Notes: generated by a model from the letters alone, not told the origin. A stretch of 64,000 bases of DNA from Chlorokybus atmophyticus (GCA_009103225.1 RHPI01003578.1:173986-237985), one strand, 5' to 3'; positions 12,601 through 26,839 are shown, numbered from the stretch's first letter. Numbers and translations are program-made.

Positions 12601-13463
12601 GTAAAGTGGGAAGCATGTCCTTGGCCCTGCACATCCTGAATCGAGCGCGTCCCCAATGGTGGCCAGGTGCAGTTCACACTATGCACCAGTCCAGGAGTCC
12701 ACTTGTTGCTCATATTCGGTGGTCAGCAACATGTGGTTGTCAACCTCAGGTGCCATTTCTGCTAACGAGGAGATAGACGGCACGGGAGTCACTGGTGATG
12801 TGTACGCCGATCAAGAAGGGGATCCTGCTGTGTGGGCAACAGGCCTCGTAGAAACCTCAGAGCTGGTGAGTGTTTGGCTGCGCATGGCATTGCATCACGA
12901 CTGCTTGCACGGTAAATGAGTGCACGCAATTGGCTGCTCGCAGTACTTGAAGATGCGTTTGGGGCTCGTTGATCGCTTCCTGGAGATGGTGGCGGCTGGC
13001 AGCAAGGAAAGCTTTGCCTCTCTGGACAGCGAAATTGACCCTGAGCTTTCCAAATGGCTTGTGTATGGGCTGCTAGGGGACACCATGCGTCGGTTCTTCC
13101 AGTCATTAAGGTATGCAACAGCATGGAGAAGAAGTGTAATCCTTGCACTGGCACTCTAGCGCATTGTGCGTGCTCCACCAATCTGACTTCAGAATTAGTT
13201 TTGCACTTTCGAAAACAACACCCTGCAGTGCTTGATGTGGTTGTAAAGCATGCATGAACACAGGCTTGTTGTGCAGGCCGGTGCAGCAGGCGAAGATGAT
13301 CTTGCTGATGGCATCCCAGCATGGCGGCATATTTGCCGTGTGGGTGTTGCAGTTGTTAGGTTACCACCCTGGGGAGATTGTGCGCAACAGGGCAGGCAAA
13401 AACATGACCTTCGCAGATTGGTGGAACCTACGGGCCATCCTGGACGACTCGCAAAACTTGTAA
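9693..13463 (+). CDS. bZIP transcription factor with a long uncharacterised C-terminal region (multi-exon)
   Basis: Splicing AG|GTGCAC (~10844) to GGCAG|G (~10985) gives RKRDALKRREQNREASRR|HRERGKQRDEALRIVTSQVKSLQLRVQELQ, fitting N-x7-R-x9-L plus heptads. Further GT-AG-bounded exons continue to ..TFADWWNLRAILDDSQNL* at 13463. The start codon and some exon borders are tentative. Confidence 0.7.
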
Positions 13464-15131
13464 TGTGTATCGTGTACAGTGATCAGATCTAGTGCTCCAT
13501 GTACATCATCACCAACCCAGACCTCAGGGAGATCAGAATAAGTACATGGGTACCAGCAGTGGTCGTTTGGCCCAGCACCCGCAATCCCTGTGAACACACA
13601 AGTACTGGTAGGCTGCTCGGTGGTTTTGTCAGTGTTTGTTCGTATATAGCCTAGCGTCTGTGCATATATAGACCCTAAGGATTTTGTAACGAAGTTTGCA
13701 GTTTACAGTCAACTGTAAGTTGCAGTCAATAATCGTAGACAGCGTGATGTTAGTCACAATGGGTGATGGCGGCAGCAGTGTCAAGTTGTGACCTAATCCA
13801 CTTGCTGCTACCTGCATCTGTTGCCCGCCTGCGCACTGCAGTGCGTGCACTGGCCATTGTGGAGATGCGCTGCGGCCATGGCTGTCCTGCCGGGATGGGC
13901 AGCGGTGCCAGTAAGCCCTTCAACGATGGAGGCGGGAGCACTGGTGATGGGGTGAGGGAGGGTGAAACGTCATTAGAGGTGCTGGCGGACGTGGCAGCTG
14001 CAGGCCGGAAGTTGTGCACTGCAGTTGTGTGTGCGTCGCACGCATCCTCATGTGGTGTGGTGTGGTGCTAGCTAGCTAAACACCTGCTGAAACTTGTACC
14101 TTTTGTGCAAAGGACGTCCAGTAGTGTGGATGCAAGGACAATTACAAAACATGATGTTTGCTGTTGAGTACCTGGTACTAGCATTAGCATTAGCACCCGC
14201 CTAGCCATGTTTTGCAATTCCGACGATTCTCGTCATTGGTTGCATGGGGAGCAATGTGTTTGCCCGTGTCACCAGCGTCAAGCACATGGCTATAGGCTAG
14301 GCCACGCATGGAGCTGTCCATGCTGGTGGTCTTGAGCATACTACTGTTGAGACTCTTACATACGAAATCGCTGCCGCACGCTGCGCTTGCAGCTATCAAG
14401 TGTACCCCCCCCCATCCCTGCATTCCTGTAAAGGACGCATTCGTTTCAGTGCTCACATGCACTAGACCAGCCAAACGCATAGTAACACATCACTGCGCAT
14501 GAGATTGCAAATGGAAAAGCGATTGGCTTCCACAGCAACCCCAGACAAGTGACCCCTTGGGTGCCAAGCTCTCAACAAAAACGAAAACCACAAAACTTCA
14601 TACCTCTGTCGTGCAACTTCGTGAACATGCTGCAACACAGCAAGACACGTTTCCTGCGTTTTGGTACTGAGGTGCAGGTCTGNTGCTTACCATGCAACAT
14701 TACCCCACCCCCTGCCCTACCCCATCATGAGAGGCGCCCCCTACAGGGGTTGAGCATTATGGAGACATAATGGTTGGTTCCGGCACTATGGGGCAATGTG
14801 GGGCGATTAAATTGTCCTCAAGGGGCAATTCCCCACCTTCGTCCTAGGGGGGGGGGGAGGTCACATTGACAGATGCATTGGGAGCAGTGGCAAGGGGCGT
14901 TAGGGCCGGAAACAGGGAGGTGGCGGAAGGGGGAGTTGTGCAAGTTGGATGTTGCTCGTGTTGTTGCTGTAGTGCATGGCGTTTGGCAACACGCGCGTGC
15001 GCATGTCACGCACAACATGGGTGGGATAGTGGTATTTGTAGGCGATAGGGAGTAAGCTTAAGAGCGTGCTTTAACCCGACGATTGCAAAGATGCATAATC
15101 GCGCGCAGTGTGTTGTCGTGCATGCTAGTCG

Positions 15132-15634
15132 TGTCACGCCCAAAGGGCTAGCTTGAGCCAGTCTCGGATTCTTACTTATGTTATAATTGAGAACATTCTG
15201 TTGGTGTTGAGGACCTGAGGACTAAGTGAGGATTCCGATATGTTTATGGTGTGTAGTACTTGGCACGCTTGCTCTCGAGGTCCGTGCTTATGCACTTGGT
15301 GTACAAGGACATAGCAGCTACACAGGGCACTGTTTACCAACAAGAAGTGGACTGGGCAATATTAAGCGCAGTATCGCTGAGGCAACAAGTGTGCTGCCTA
15401 TGTGTATGTGTGCCCGAGGGTGGACAAGGCCAGCCTCGTGCAACTCAGTTAACAGATTAGCGCATAGGTGGCAAGGCCTTTTTGGCCTTGAACATCTTAA
15501 CAGCCAGGTTGGAGAGCTACTTTGTTGGGTGGGGTTATAGAAAGTTAAAAAAACCAAAGGGACTATTGCACGGTGTGTGCTTGCGCGGAAGTTTGTGACC
15601 CTCACCAGCAGGTGAGTGAGCGGTCAACATGACA
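15132..15634. mobile_element. Solo LTR (503 bp) with perfect 5-bp target-site duplication
   Basis: TGTCACGCCC...CAACATGACA flanked by AGTCG on both sides (15127-15131 and 15635-15639). Confidence 0.9.
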
Positions 15635-16554
15635 AGTCGTGTGATGTATGCTGCAAATACTATTTTCATTTATTTGTGTGCACATGCAATAAAAGCACAA
15701 GCAGCGGACATGGCTAGGCACGGGCAACAATCAATTATGTAGCTTAGCAACGCGCATGCAAGTGAGGCGAAAGACGGTAACTAGCAGCAAAGCAGACAAG
15801 CAGAGGTTGACTCAACCTCTACTTGTACGCTTGTGGGTCACATGCAACCACCTTAAGAGCAATGCCCTTGGTTGGGCCATAGGCGTGGTAGATAGTAGAC
15901 GACACAGCAGCGCAGAGGCAAAGTCAAGCACACTTATATGTTGATCAATCCCCCTTGGTGCTCTCATGGCTAACAAATGTGCCATTGCTGGAGCCGTTGC
16001 CCGTAAGTTGTGTTGTCTTTGTGTTAATGTAATGCGGAATTTGCTTACTTATTTACATACGTCCGACGTGTGTAGACAAGCAAGCAATTTAAATTGTCAA
16101 CATCAATAGGCAAGCTCTTTTAATCATTCAAATCATTAAGAGAGCTTATTGCAGAGTCTACGCAGACTCTATGTATTCAAGTGTGACTTGTATACGACAC
16201 CAACTTTGCTTTTCCAGTTAACTCAATAGTAATACACTTTGTTTGAGTGCACATGCTCATGATTAATATGGGGCACGCTCATACGGAGAAGGCGGAACTA
16301 CTTAATCAACCAGTTCCTATGCTTGGTAACTACCCCACACAATACAGTAGTTGCCAACTTTGAGTAGCTACGGGCCATGTTGATTACGCACGGGTTGATG
16401 TGGTTAAGGACAACAAGTGCATGCGGCAAACTCTTCATGTCGATGTCCATGCTTTGGACACAAAGAGCGTGCCATTGCAGCATAGTTGCAAGCATAATTA
16501 CTTATAAGTTGGTTGATTGTATTAAAGGGGAGAGGGGGGGGGGGGGGGGGGGGG

Positions 16555-16800
16555 NNNNNNNNNNNNNNNNNNNNNNNNNNNNNNNNNNNNNNNNNNNNNN
16601 NNNNNNNNNNNNNNNNNNNNNNNNNNNNNNNNNNNNNNNNNNNNNNNNNNNNNNNNNNNNNNNNNNNNNNNNNNNNNNNNNNNNNNNNNNNNNNNNNNNN
16701 NNNNNNNNNNNNNNNNNNNNNNNNNNNNNNNNNNNNNNNNNNNNNNNNNNNNNNNNNNNNNNNNNNNNNNNNNNNNNNNNNNNNNNNNNNNNNNNNNNNN
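16555..16800. other. Assembly gap flanked by poly-G
   Basis: N run. Confidence 0.99.
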
Positions 16801-19001
16801 GGGGGGACATGCTGCATATCAGCCTTGCTTAGTTTACTATTGTAATCGGCGTGCGCACACATGAATGTCGCATATACATAGCCAACACAAATTAAGCTAT
16901 GGATGTAATAGATTGCATGAATGCATAGGCATCTGAAGACGTTGCACATTACCAGTCAACAACATTATTGCCGCAGTCAACCGTTCATAACCCTCGATGT
17001 TGATCGAATTGGTATGATTTATACATTTTAAATCTTCAACTCCATCAACTTTAAGATTGCGTCAATCCCTAATGAGGGTATGGTCGTATCGTGGATGGCA
17101 GTATATAGCAAATTCCGGTTGTGCTATGTACGATCCAGCCGGCTTGCATTAACTATGCTACTCCCATCAGCATTTGCGCCAACACCATCATCAACACACG
17201 AATTCACACCCACAGCACATGCATATGGCAAGCAACACCGCCAATTACTCATTACTTATAGCCCAGGCATGTTGCATGTTGTGAGTGCTCATGTTGTGGG
17301 TGCCTTGCAAGACTTGTACACAGAGTCTAAGGTATACGGCATGCATGTGGTGTGCCATGTGCATGGTGCAGCGCAGTCAACTATAGCCATGTGCAGACAA
17401 CTAGGCCATGGCCTCAATCATACAACCACCCGGCTAAACTCCCTGACCTTTGATTAGCACACTACCCGGTAAGCTAGTAATACTGCCCATCAAAATCAGT
17501 CAGTCATGCATGCTTAAAGGTGTACATATTACCGGCCACAACAGCATGGTATCAGCGTCCACTCCACATTACGGCAAGGACGACCATTTTACTCCCCCCG
17601 CCGCTGCTCCAAACACCTGTACCGCCAACAACCACTGTTGCTGCGACAACTATTGTGCGCTTCAGGTGTTGTTAGCCATCGTACAGCATGCACACACATG
17701 TCATGCGCTGCCTCCATGATTGCAGCTTTGAGCTGGTGTTCTATGCACGGGCAGGCTATGCTACCAAGCAACCTGCTTCCCGTGTTGCCTTCCTCAAGAT
17801 GCTGGCTCCCTAAGCAATGGTTCGAATTGCTGGCAAAGTCGCAGCACTGCCATGCATGGCTGAACAGGGTGGGCACTAGTAGCAGCCTCCTAATCTCATC
17901 GCAAACTACGCATGCAGGCTACGACATGAGGGGAGCACGCGAGTGCCCTCATGCATTGTTCACCTATATCCTTGTTGTTGCTTGCTTGCTAATTGCTGGT
18001 TCATGCTTGCTTGCTGCCTGCGTGGTACTCATACTGATGGTGGGATACTTGGGTGTTCCTTTAACACCCCATTGTTGTATCTATTACTCATGTGTGCATC
18101 AGTCCCGTGTCAGCAACGGCAGGCATCCGCACGCGCAAAAACCATAAAGTCCGGAGTTAGCAATCTACAAGGACTGCCGGCCACAACGAACACTTGCCCC
18201 AAGGTAACTGTACAGATGATCGTATGCTAGACTAGTCACATGCAGAGTGTGAAAAAGCAACGGCACATCAATGCAACATGCAGGAATGGGCACATACCAT
18301 GCTTACACTTTGGACCAGCAGTTCACCACCGGGCTACCTACTCTACCTCACACGCTAAGCCCCTGCCTTAGTAGGCCAACCAGCATGCAAGGTGTCTCAC
18401 TGTGCCGCTTCTGTGTAGGTGAGGAGCACGCTCTTGTCCTTGCCTACTGCTACCAAAGCTGCTGAGGGGCCCAGCACGCTCTTGCTGTAACCCCTTGCTG
18501 GCTGCTGCCCTATTGCTTGATGCGCTAACGCTAAATGTATGTCTCACCTCCCTCCTACCACTGCTCCGACACTTGGCTGCTGCAGTATTGCATTTGTTGA
18601 TTGGTTTGCTTGCTGTGCTTGGCTATACTTTGCTTTGCTTGTCACCCACCAATTGCTTATGCAACATGTACACAAGGGGTATGCTGCTGTGCCAACCTGC
18701 ATGTGTTGGTGCATGAGTTGTGTGTGTGTGCACAACAAGCTGTGCATCCATTACTATACCTTGCTGTGTCAGGCTGGCAGGCTGATGGTACTTCTACGTC
18801 TACTCGTTGCAAGCCTCTAATCCACGGAAACGCTCCCAGCAGATTATCCGCAAGAAAGTGCAATGCTCGTTGCCACCGCCTGTTACCTTCCAATAGAGTG
18901 GGACATTCTTCAGCTCACCACTTATTGTCATATATGTACAGCGCATGATGCAAACGACCCTCTCCCCGCAACTGCCGCGAATGGAGGGTAACTGCTTGAT
19001 G

Positions 19002-20568
19002 TCAGCTGCCTGTCTGTGCTACCCCTGGAGTGTGTGCACTCATGGTGGTCTGCGGGAACTGCAATTCAACATGTTGAATCAAAACTCCAGTTGTGGTCCA
19101 CGAATCTGCTCGTACATGATTGCCATTTGTTGTAAACATGAAAGCGGCAGCAAACAGCATACAACATACCTTTCTCAATACACCAGCAATGATCCGATCC
19201 ACGCGCATTGTGTCGGCAGCGTTTATGGACTCTTGCTGCGATCAACAACGTACAGCACATCAAGGTGATATGATATGATGTCATGACAAGTAGCAACCCG
19301 CCAACAACTCACCTGGGACTCAACAGCTGTTGCTGTGGAAGGCTTGGCGGCCGAACTAGTGTCAACTTTGTCTGCTCAATTGCATTGATGTTATGGACCA
19401 TCCACGCGGTGTTTGAGCACCGACAACCAACAGTGTGTACGACACGCTAATTGTACAGGGTCTGCAAATTGTGTGTGTGCAAAATGATGCTGTGATGCTC
19501 ATGTGCATAGGTGCAACAGCCACTGAGAATCGCTAAGCGACAGCTAAATGTGTGCAGCCCACCTGGCTGATCCAATGTACTGCCTGCCAACTGGAACGCC
19601 ATGTCAATATGGTACAAGCAGCGCATCTGGCATGACATGTTTGGTCAATGAACACGACAGTGCGTGGGGCAAGTCATTGTGCGGCAAACATAAACAATTT
19701 GCAAATGTTAGAGTCACTGTACCATGCGGGCGGCCAGAACTCCATGCAGATGGGGAGCCTGGTAGATGTTGCCCTCAAGCACGTGGAAGGCTGCGTGCGG
19801 AGTCGCCTTTTGCGGAGAAACCCTCTGCTGCTTTTTTATGACGTACAGCACAGGCTCTTGCACGAAATCGACGATGTACTCGAGGCCCTGCATGTTCCTG
19901 TCAACATGCAGAACTTGTCATGCATGTCGTTTAGTACCAAGGCAAATATTGCCAGCGCATAACTAATAATTGAAGACTGTGACACAAAAACTACTGACAC
20001 AAGCCTATGGCATTCTCCGCGCCTTCATGCATCTTGATTCACAACTGCCTTTCCACGGTGGTTAACAAGCGAGAGCAGTGCAGGCTGCTTTGCAAGGCAG
20101 CCTGCACTGCATTGCACGCGTATCCACAGTTTGAGAGCTTGCAAGCTTGACTTACATTACAAAGTTGACTCGCCTAACTGACTGAGTCAAGCAAGGATTG
20201 GGGTTAAGGGGTCAAGCTGTGCGACACACACGCACATAGACATGCGCACGTACCTACACACCCAGCCAACGACAAAACTTACTGAAGTTGGGAGAAGTCA
20301 CCGCCCCGTTGCTTGAGCACTTCATTGTTGCTGCGCGTGTCATAGAATGGCGAGATCGCAAAGTAGTCCAGCACCGTTGCCGCATTCAAAGGGTAAGCCT
20401 AAAGAGCAAAGGAGGCAAGAGAAAATGTGCCCTCCTCTGTCCTGTCCTAGCCTCCGCAGCAGCCGCCCTCACCTGCAGCCATAGAGGGTCGCTGAAGCAC
20501 ACCCCCGTGAGGTCCGACGGCGGGCCCGCCTCCTCCGCCGCCCCGGCCGCCGCCATTGCCGCCTCCAT
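19002..20568 (-). CDS. MED6: Mediator of RNA polymerase II transcription subunit 6
   Basis: Spliced exons (20473-20568, 20283-20398, 19723-19897, 19563-19626 and three more) give DLTGVCFSDPLWLQ|AYPLNAATVLDYFAISPFYDTRSNNEVL..GLEYIVDFVQEPVLYVIKKQ..FHVLEGNIYQAPHLHGVLAARM..RVDRIIAGVLRK, matching plant Med6. Confidence 0.93.
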
Positions 20569-20791
20569 GCCAGTCTGCTTGGCTGCCAATTAACCAGAAC
20601 GTTAGTTACGTGGGTTTACATCCACCGCTTGCGCTTAACCACGCCGGTGGTCTAACCGTGGTTTCATCCTTCCTTTGAGCCACAAAGGCGAGTTAGCTTG
20701 ACGAGATAAGCTGGTTAGCTGACCAGGTTGAGGTACAGCAGTTAGCTGAACTTGAGAACAGGCGGCGCAGGCGGTGGCGGCGGCGTTCGCC
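20569..20791. promoter_or_regulatory. Short divergent intergenic region (probable bidirectional promoter) between MED6 and PNPase
   Basis: ATGs at 20568 (-) and 20792 (+) are 223 bp apart. Confidence 0.55.
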
Positions 20792-23700
20792 ATGGCGGTG
20801 ACGGTGGTGGCGTCGGCCACGGCGGCTGCGTCAGCTGTGACGGCTCCCATCTCAGCTGCAGCTTTGCGTCTAGCGCGGGGAGCCCGACCATCCCGCAGGC
20901 GCACCCCGCTGACCCCCGAATGGCGCCTCGCCAGGGAGCAGCTCGCCACTCACAGGTGAATCGTTGTGCCAGTTGCCTGCTTCATAAACAACTTACACCT
21001 TTTCACAGCCTTGTCTGCCTGTCGAGCCTTGTCCTTTTCCTTTGGCTGCGCCAGACTGCTGTGCACAGCTCTGGCTGTACACAAGCAGCTCTGCATTTTG
21101 CCAGTCTCTGGCTGCTTGGTTGCATGTTGACTGTGTGACTGTGTGACTTTACGTCAAGCACAGCTGCTTACAGAATTTACAGCTACCCTGCTTGCTGCTC
21201 GTTATATGAAAGACACTTGGTTCAAGTGAAAGCTCAACATGCTTTGTTGGATGGCAGTGGTTGTGAAGGCAGTAGCTGTAGCAGCAGTGGTGCTACTAGC
21301 ACCAGCAGTAGCAGGCAGAGGTTAGTGGCAGTAGCTTCAATTGTGGCGGGTGTTGATGATGCCGCAACTACTGCCGCCACAATGGGCGAGGAGGAGGCGC
21401 GCGGCCTCGCGTCCCCCACAGCCGCAGACATGTTCCCTGAGCTGGACAGGTTGGAACTGGAGGTGGCGGGCTCCAAGATAACCTTTGAGTCGGGGCGGGT
21501 GGGCCGACAGGCCAACGGGGCTGTCCTGGTTCAGCAAGGGGACACGGTGAGTAACTTGCACTTTAACAAGCTTTGCATGTGTCCGACCAACACAGCCTGA
21601 TTACGCAGCTCTCAGTTGAATGTGGCTGGTTGCGTGTGTGCATGCATATGTTCTACCATCCAGTGTTGGCTCCTGAGTGCCACCATCATTGCATGCGCAC
21701 TTGCACACAGCGGTGTTAGTGAGTAACAACCAGCAACAACCAACCCACAACAAGAATAAGGCTGTTGCCGCGCCAGCAGTCGTCATCTATGACTCATGCA
21801 TCGTAAAATGCATGAGTCATAGATGAGAGTTTGAGGCGCGGAGGTCTGGATCTTGTTGCTTGCATGCATGTGTGCATGTTGCAGCCAGCTTGAAGCAACA
21901 CAACGAACAGGTGCTGTACACAACTGCGTGTGCTGCGGCTGAGGACTCCGCTGGCAGCTCCGATGACTTCATGCCGCTTACTGTTCATTACCAAGAGCGC
22001 TACTCTGCCGCGGGACGCACAAGGTGATTGTTAATAGCATGCTTTGCTTGCGACATGCAAAGTTCTTGGGTTGCTAAATTGAATTTTAACCATTTGACAG
22101 TGGGGGTTTCCTGAAGCGCGAGTCAAGGCCAAGGGATCAGGAGGTGTTAGTAGCCCGTTTGATTGACCGGCCGCTACGCCCTCTGTTCCCCAAGGGTTAT
22201 GCACGTGAAGTGCAGATGCTCACATGGGTAAATGATGTTTGGCAGAAAGTTTCCCCCCGTGACAATGGCTTGACAGTATGTCATTTTTCAACAGGTGTTG
22301 AGTTACGATGGCGTAAATAGCACAGAGCCACTCGCAATATGCGCTAACAGTGCTGCATTGGTGCTGTCAGATATACCACTTACAAAGCCAATTGCAGGTA
22401 CTTGAAAGCGCACATGCTTGACTTCAGTTGTTTGCGCTCATCCGTGTTGACAGCTCAATGCAGTTATACATGAGATGGCACAACTTGAACAGCTCAATGC
22501 GCTGAAACTATGTGATGCAGGCGTTAGGGTAGGGCTGTTGCCAGAAATTGGGTTTGTAGTGAATCCCACCGTCGAGCAGATAGGGGACAGTCAATTAGAC
22601 TTAGTGATGGCGGGCACTAAGGACGCTGTCATGATGGTTGAAGGGTATTGCAACTTTCTCACCGAAGAACAGATGCTGGAGGTGAGCACCAGTTCAAGGT
22701 GCAATCGTACAACAGTTTTGCATTGTGTGCTCATATCATTGCTAGGCGGTGGAGCTCGGCCACAAGGCCATCGTGCACATCTGCAGTGAATTGGAAGCCT
22801 GGGGGTTGCGGAGAGGGAAGCCCAAGGCAGCTTGTGAACCCCGTCAGACGAATGTGGAGTTGATGGAGTTGCTTCGCAAGCACATTGGTGCAGACATGGA
22901 CGCTGCTGTAAGAGTTCGCAGCAAACAGGAACGACAGGTACGCATAGACATTAATGTGAGCAGCCAGGACTTTCGCCTAGTATGAGTACTTGTTGTATGT
23001 TTGCAAACTCTGGCCACCAGCTGCAAGCTGCTTGTCAGGTGGCAATGCAGGCAGTGCGAGACAAGGCTCTTGCTCTACTATCCGAGGAGGCCAAGGCCGT
23101 TGAGGTAGATAGCGATGCTACTAATGATGATATACCTGTTTACCCCGAGATGGAGGTTAAGCAAACGTTCAAACGGCTGCAGTCAGATATCATGCGCACC
23201 ATCATCATTAAGGTATGTTGTGGTGGTCTCCAGCATTACGTCCATCAATTGTTATTCAACCACGTGGCTTACAACAGGAAGGTCTACGATCTGACGGCCG
23301 TGGAGTTACAGACATAAGGCCCATAGCTACAGATGTTGGCTTGTTGCCGCGCGTGCACGGCTCTGCGCTTTTTACAAGAGGCGAAACCCAGGCCAGTCTG
23401 CAGTTTACGTTGGATTAGTGCTTTTGAAACAGCAGCTCTACATTATTTGTACTGCGTGATGAACATCAGCCTGCCCACATGTTTACATGCTGATGGTGGT
23501 TGCCTCAATAGGCTCTGGCAGTGGTGACCCTTGGAAGCGACTCGATGGGTCAGCGCACTGATAACCTCGACGGGCAGGATGTCTCCCGTTTCTACCTGCA
23601 GTACTTCTTCCCTCATAGCAGTGTGGGCGAAGTGGGTAGAGTTGGTGCACCTGGCAGGTTAGTATCCATGCGAGGGCCATAGGAACCCGTAGGGGGTCAC

Positions 23701-25388
23701 CACCCTAACAATGCTCTTGCAGGAGAGAGATCGGTCATGGCATGCTCGCAGAGCGTGCTCTGGCCCCTGCTTTGCCTGACAGAAGTGCATTCCCCTACAC
23801 AATGAGAGTGGAGTCGACAATCACAGAGTCCAATGGATCCTCCAGGTACTTTGATACTGCTCCGCTCTTTCAACATCTGTCAACTGCTACATGACGTCCT
23901 GGTCTGAGTTAGCGATGATTGACAGCATGGCATCAGTGTGTGGCGGCTGCATAGCGCTGTTGCACGCGGGAGTTCCTTTGACTACACCTGTCGCTGGCGT
24001 GGCCATGGGCCTTGTGTTGGATGAAAGGGCGCCAGGTGGAGCCGTTGTGCTTACGGATATTCTAGGCTCAGAGGATGCATTGGGCGATATGGACTTCAAG
24101 GTAGGCTTGACTTTTTGGTAATGTTGCTAGCAGTTGCGCATTGTTACATAACGCACGACCTGCACTTGTGGTATGGAACATGAATAAGAATGTATGTTCA
24201 GCCCACAATGCATGATTACTGGGTGTAGCTGGGCTAATCATTGTTTTTGCACTGCAGGTGGCTGGCGCAGAACATGGAATTACCGCATTCCAGATGGACA
24301 TCAAAGTGGAGGGCATTACGATCCCTGTCATGGCGCAAGCGCTCAGGCAGGCGCTGGATGGTCGTCGCCATATTCTTGGTAAGTCTCTTCTGAGTGCAAG
24401 CATGAGTATCCATAGTTTTGTGTTGAGTTTGCATGATGTGCAATGGGTGGTTGTGTGCATTGCAGGTGCGATGGCAAGGTGCTACCCCAGCATATCAGGG
24501 GAGCTATCTGCTTATGCGCCACGCATCATCACGATGCAGATCGACCCCTCCAAGGTGGCCACATTGATTGGGACGGGCGGCAAGCAGATTCGATCTATCA
24601 TCGAGCAGTGTGGCGTTGAAACAATTGATGTAGATCAGACCGGCTTCCTTCGCATTTGCGCTGCTGCCTCAGCCACTGGTGCTGCAGACAAAGCAGCGCT
24701 ATTTATTACAGGGCTTGTCTCCGAACCTGTTGTTGGCACAACCTATGAGTAAGCTCTTGCTGCCTCGTCCCTGAGTTGCTTATTGCAGTATGGATCCGTG
24801 CAACCTTGATTGTCATGTGTATCCATGCAGGGAGTGCAAGGTGACTGGTGTTGTGGCCTTTGGCGTGTTTGTGGAGATACTGCCTGGCCGCGAAGGCCTG
24901 GTGCATGTGAGCGAGCTTGACGTTAAGCGCACTGCTGATCCTGCTGAGTTGTTCAAGGAGGGGGACATCATGGACGCCTGCAAGCTGTTGGAGGTGATAT
25001 TCTTCTCTCTGCACTTGCAAGCAGATTGTCCCATTGCAATCCAGTTTGAAGCTCCTTCTTGATGTGCACCCTTGAAGCTTCACACAGGCAGAGCATGTAC
25101 ACCTGAAACCCATCACATATTTGTCTCACCCCATGTTTGCAGGTCAATGATAAGGGTCAACTGAAGCTCAGCAGGAAGGCTGCGTTGATCGATAAGGCAG
25201 GTCCAGGAGAGTCTGGATCACCATCATCGTCGCCGCCCTCATCACCTGCAACACCTGACGCGCGCGATGGTGCACCTCCAAGGTTAAGACGAGGACGCAA
25301 TGGCGGTAGCAGCGGGGGAAGTGGCGGTGCCCCAAGTCCGAGGACGGACAAGCCTGTACTTACTTTGAGGGCGGTCGAAAGGACGTAG
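20792..25388 (+). CDS. PNP: Polyribonucleotide nucleotidyltransferase (PNPase), probably plastid-targeted
   Basis: Ala/Arg/Ser-rich transit-like exon 1, then [99 protein letters not shown] ([13 protein letters not shown]) and S1 ([20 protein letters not shown]). Confidence 0.97.
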
Positions 25389-26726
25389 TAGACTGCAATT
25401 ACCCTGCTCGCGTTACTCGCTGTCAATAGTTCAATACTAGTTCAGACTATGCAGTATGTTGATGTATCACCCATTACCTTTGTAGCAAATGTGATTTTCC
25501 TTGGTGACTAGTCAAATTGCGAATTGGTGAGAGATGAGCTCGCACGCTGTTAAGTCTCGACTTGGGAACATTTCTGTCTCCAAGCTTCGCTGTATGTGAC
25601 GCTGTGCCCACACACACAAAGTCTAGTTGCACTGCATAGCCATTTCTAGTGGTGGCTTCGACCTGAGCAAACATGCACACTGTGCAGCTGCTTTTTGGCG
25701 ATGTGTTATATTACTCATGTCGCATAACCTACAGGTTGGTGCACGCCATCCTGCATTGGTTGTCAATGCTTGCTGCCGCTGTTGGTGCGAATGTGGTTGA
25801 TGCAGGTTCTGTTTGTATGTTGTGTACATGCTGTGGTTGCTTGTGATTCGGCCAGCCAATGTACAATGGTATGGTGTACAGTTGCTGCTGTTGCCCAAGT
25901 ACAAAAGCATAGGATAATCCTGCATGTTCATGCCGCTCACGATTGTGCACTGCACTGCTTGCTCGAGTGTTCTACAAATGCATTGCAACAATGCGTGCAC
26001 GCGAGATGCTTTTGCACATGTTCAACATGCTTTCCATGTGTGCTTTGATTGGATCCTGTTGTTGGGGTCAGCATTCCATGTTGATGGTGTGCACAATGCA
26101 CTGTTTCAAGGTGCCCCACGCGCAATGTTTGTAACACATTCTGACCAAAAATGATCAACAAACAAAACGCCGACCACATGCCAACAATTGAAATGCGTGG
26201 CTTGCTAGGTTAGTTGCATATTGTATGAGGCGAGAGCGGGCATGCCATGCCTGCAAATTGTGTATGTTAATGAAACCATGTATAGCACATACCCCCTTAT
26301 TTTTATCAAAGCTTTGAACCAAGCTTTAAACCGTTTTACGGGTTGTTTGCAGTTGAGAGCTCACAGCCCACCACTATCAACTTGGATGATGATGATGCTG
26401 AGGCCCAACCTCCGCACAATGTCCCTGCCGCGAATATAGTGCTCCAGTGTTACTTAATGTCATCTGCATATGCGACAATAACAATTGCAAATCGTCTCCG
26501 TGCTTAAAGGCTGAACACTAGGCACTGCAAGCCAAACCATGTCTTGTTGCTTGAAATGGACGTTTTGAAATAGATGGATACGGTCCATTAGCATAAGAAG
26601 GCATCACGACAGATTCACTGGTTTTTTATACTTGTTGTGCTGCAAGCACGGCAGTGCGCTGCCATGGTTTGGGGATTGGGGGTTGGGTTGGGTTGGGGGT
26701 TGGGGACGCCGCCCCCCCCCCCCCCC

Positions 26727-26839
26727 NNNNNNNNNNNNNNNNNNNNNNNNNNNNNNNNNNNNNNNNNNNNNNNNNNNNNNNNNNNNNNNNNNNNNNNNNN
26801 NNNNNNNNNNNNNNNNNNNNNNNNNNNNNNNNNNNNNNN
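26727..26839. other. Assembly gap flanked by poly-C
   Basis: N run. Confidence 0.99.

Noticed and set aside
13750-14480. Possible minus-strand exons (ORFs 13750-14019, 14190-14480) and MEGNRRW.. at 18657-18893
   Set aside because: No recognisable motifs and no consistent gene model could be assembled.
15830-15920. Minus-strand IYHAYGPTKGIALKVV resembling kinase subdomains I-II
   Set aside because: No glycine loop, bounded by stops, no other kinase motifs nearby.
17815-17835. GGTTCGAAT (tRNA T-loop/B-box-like)
   Set aside because: No A-box or cloverleaf; no tRNA, rRNA or snRNA gene could be supported in the window.
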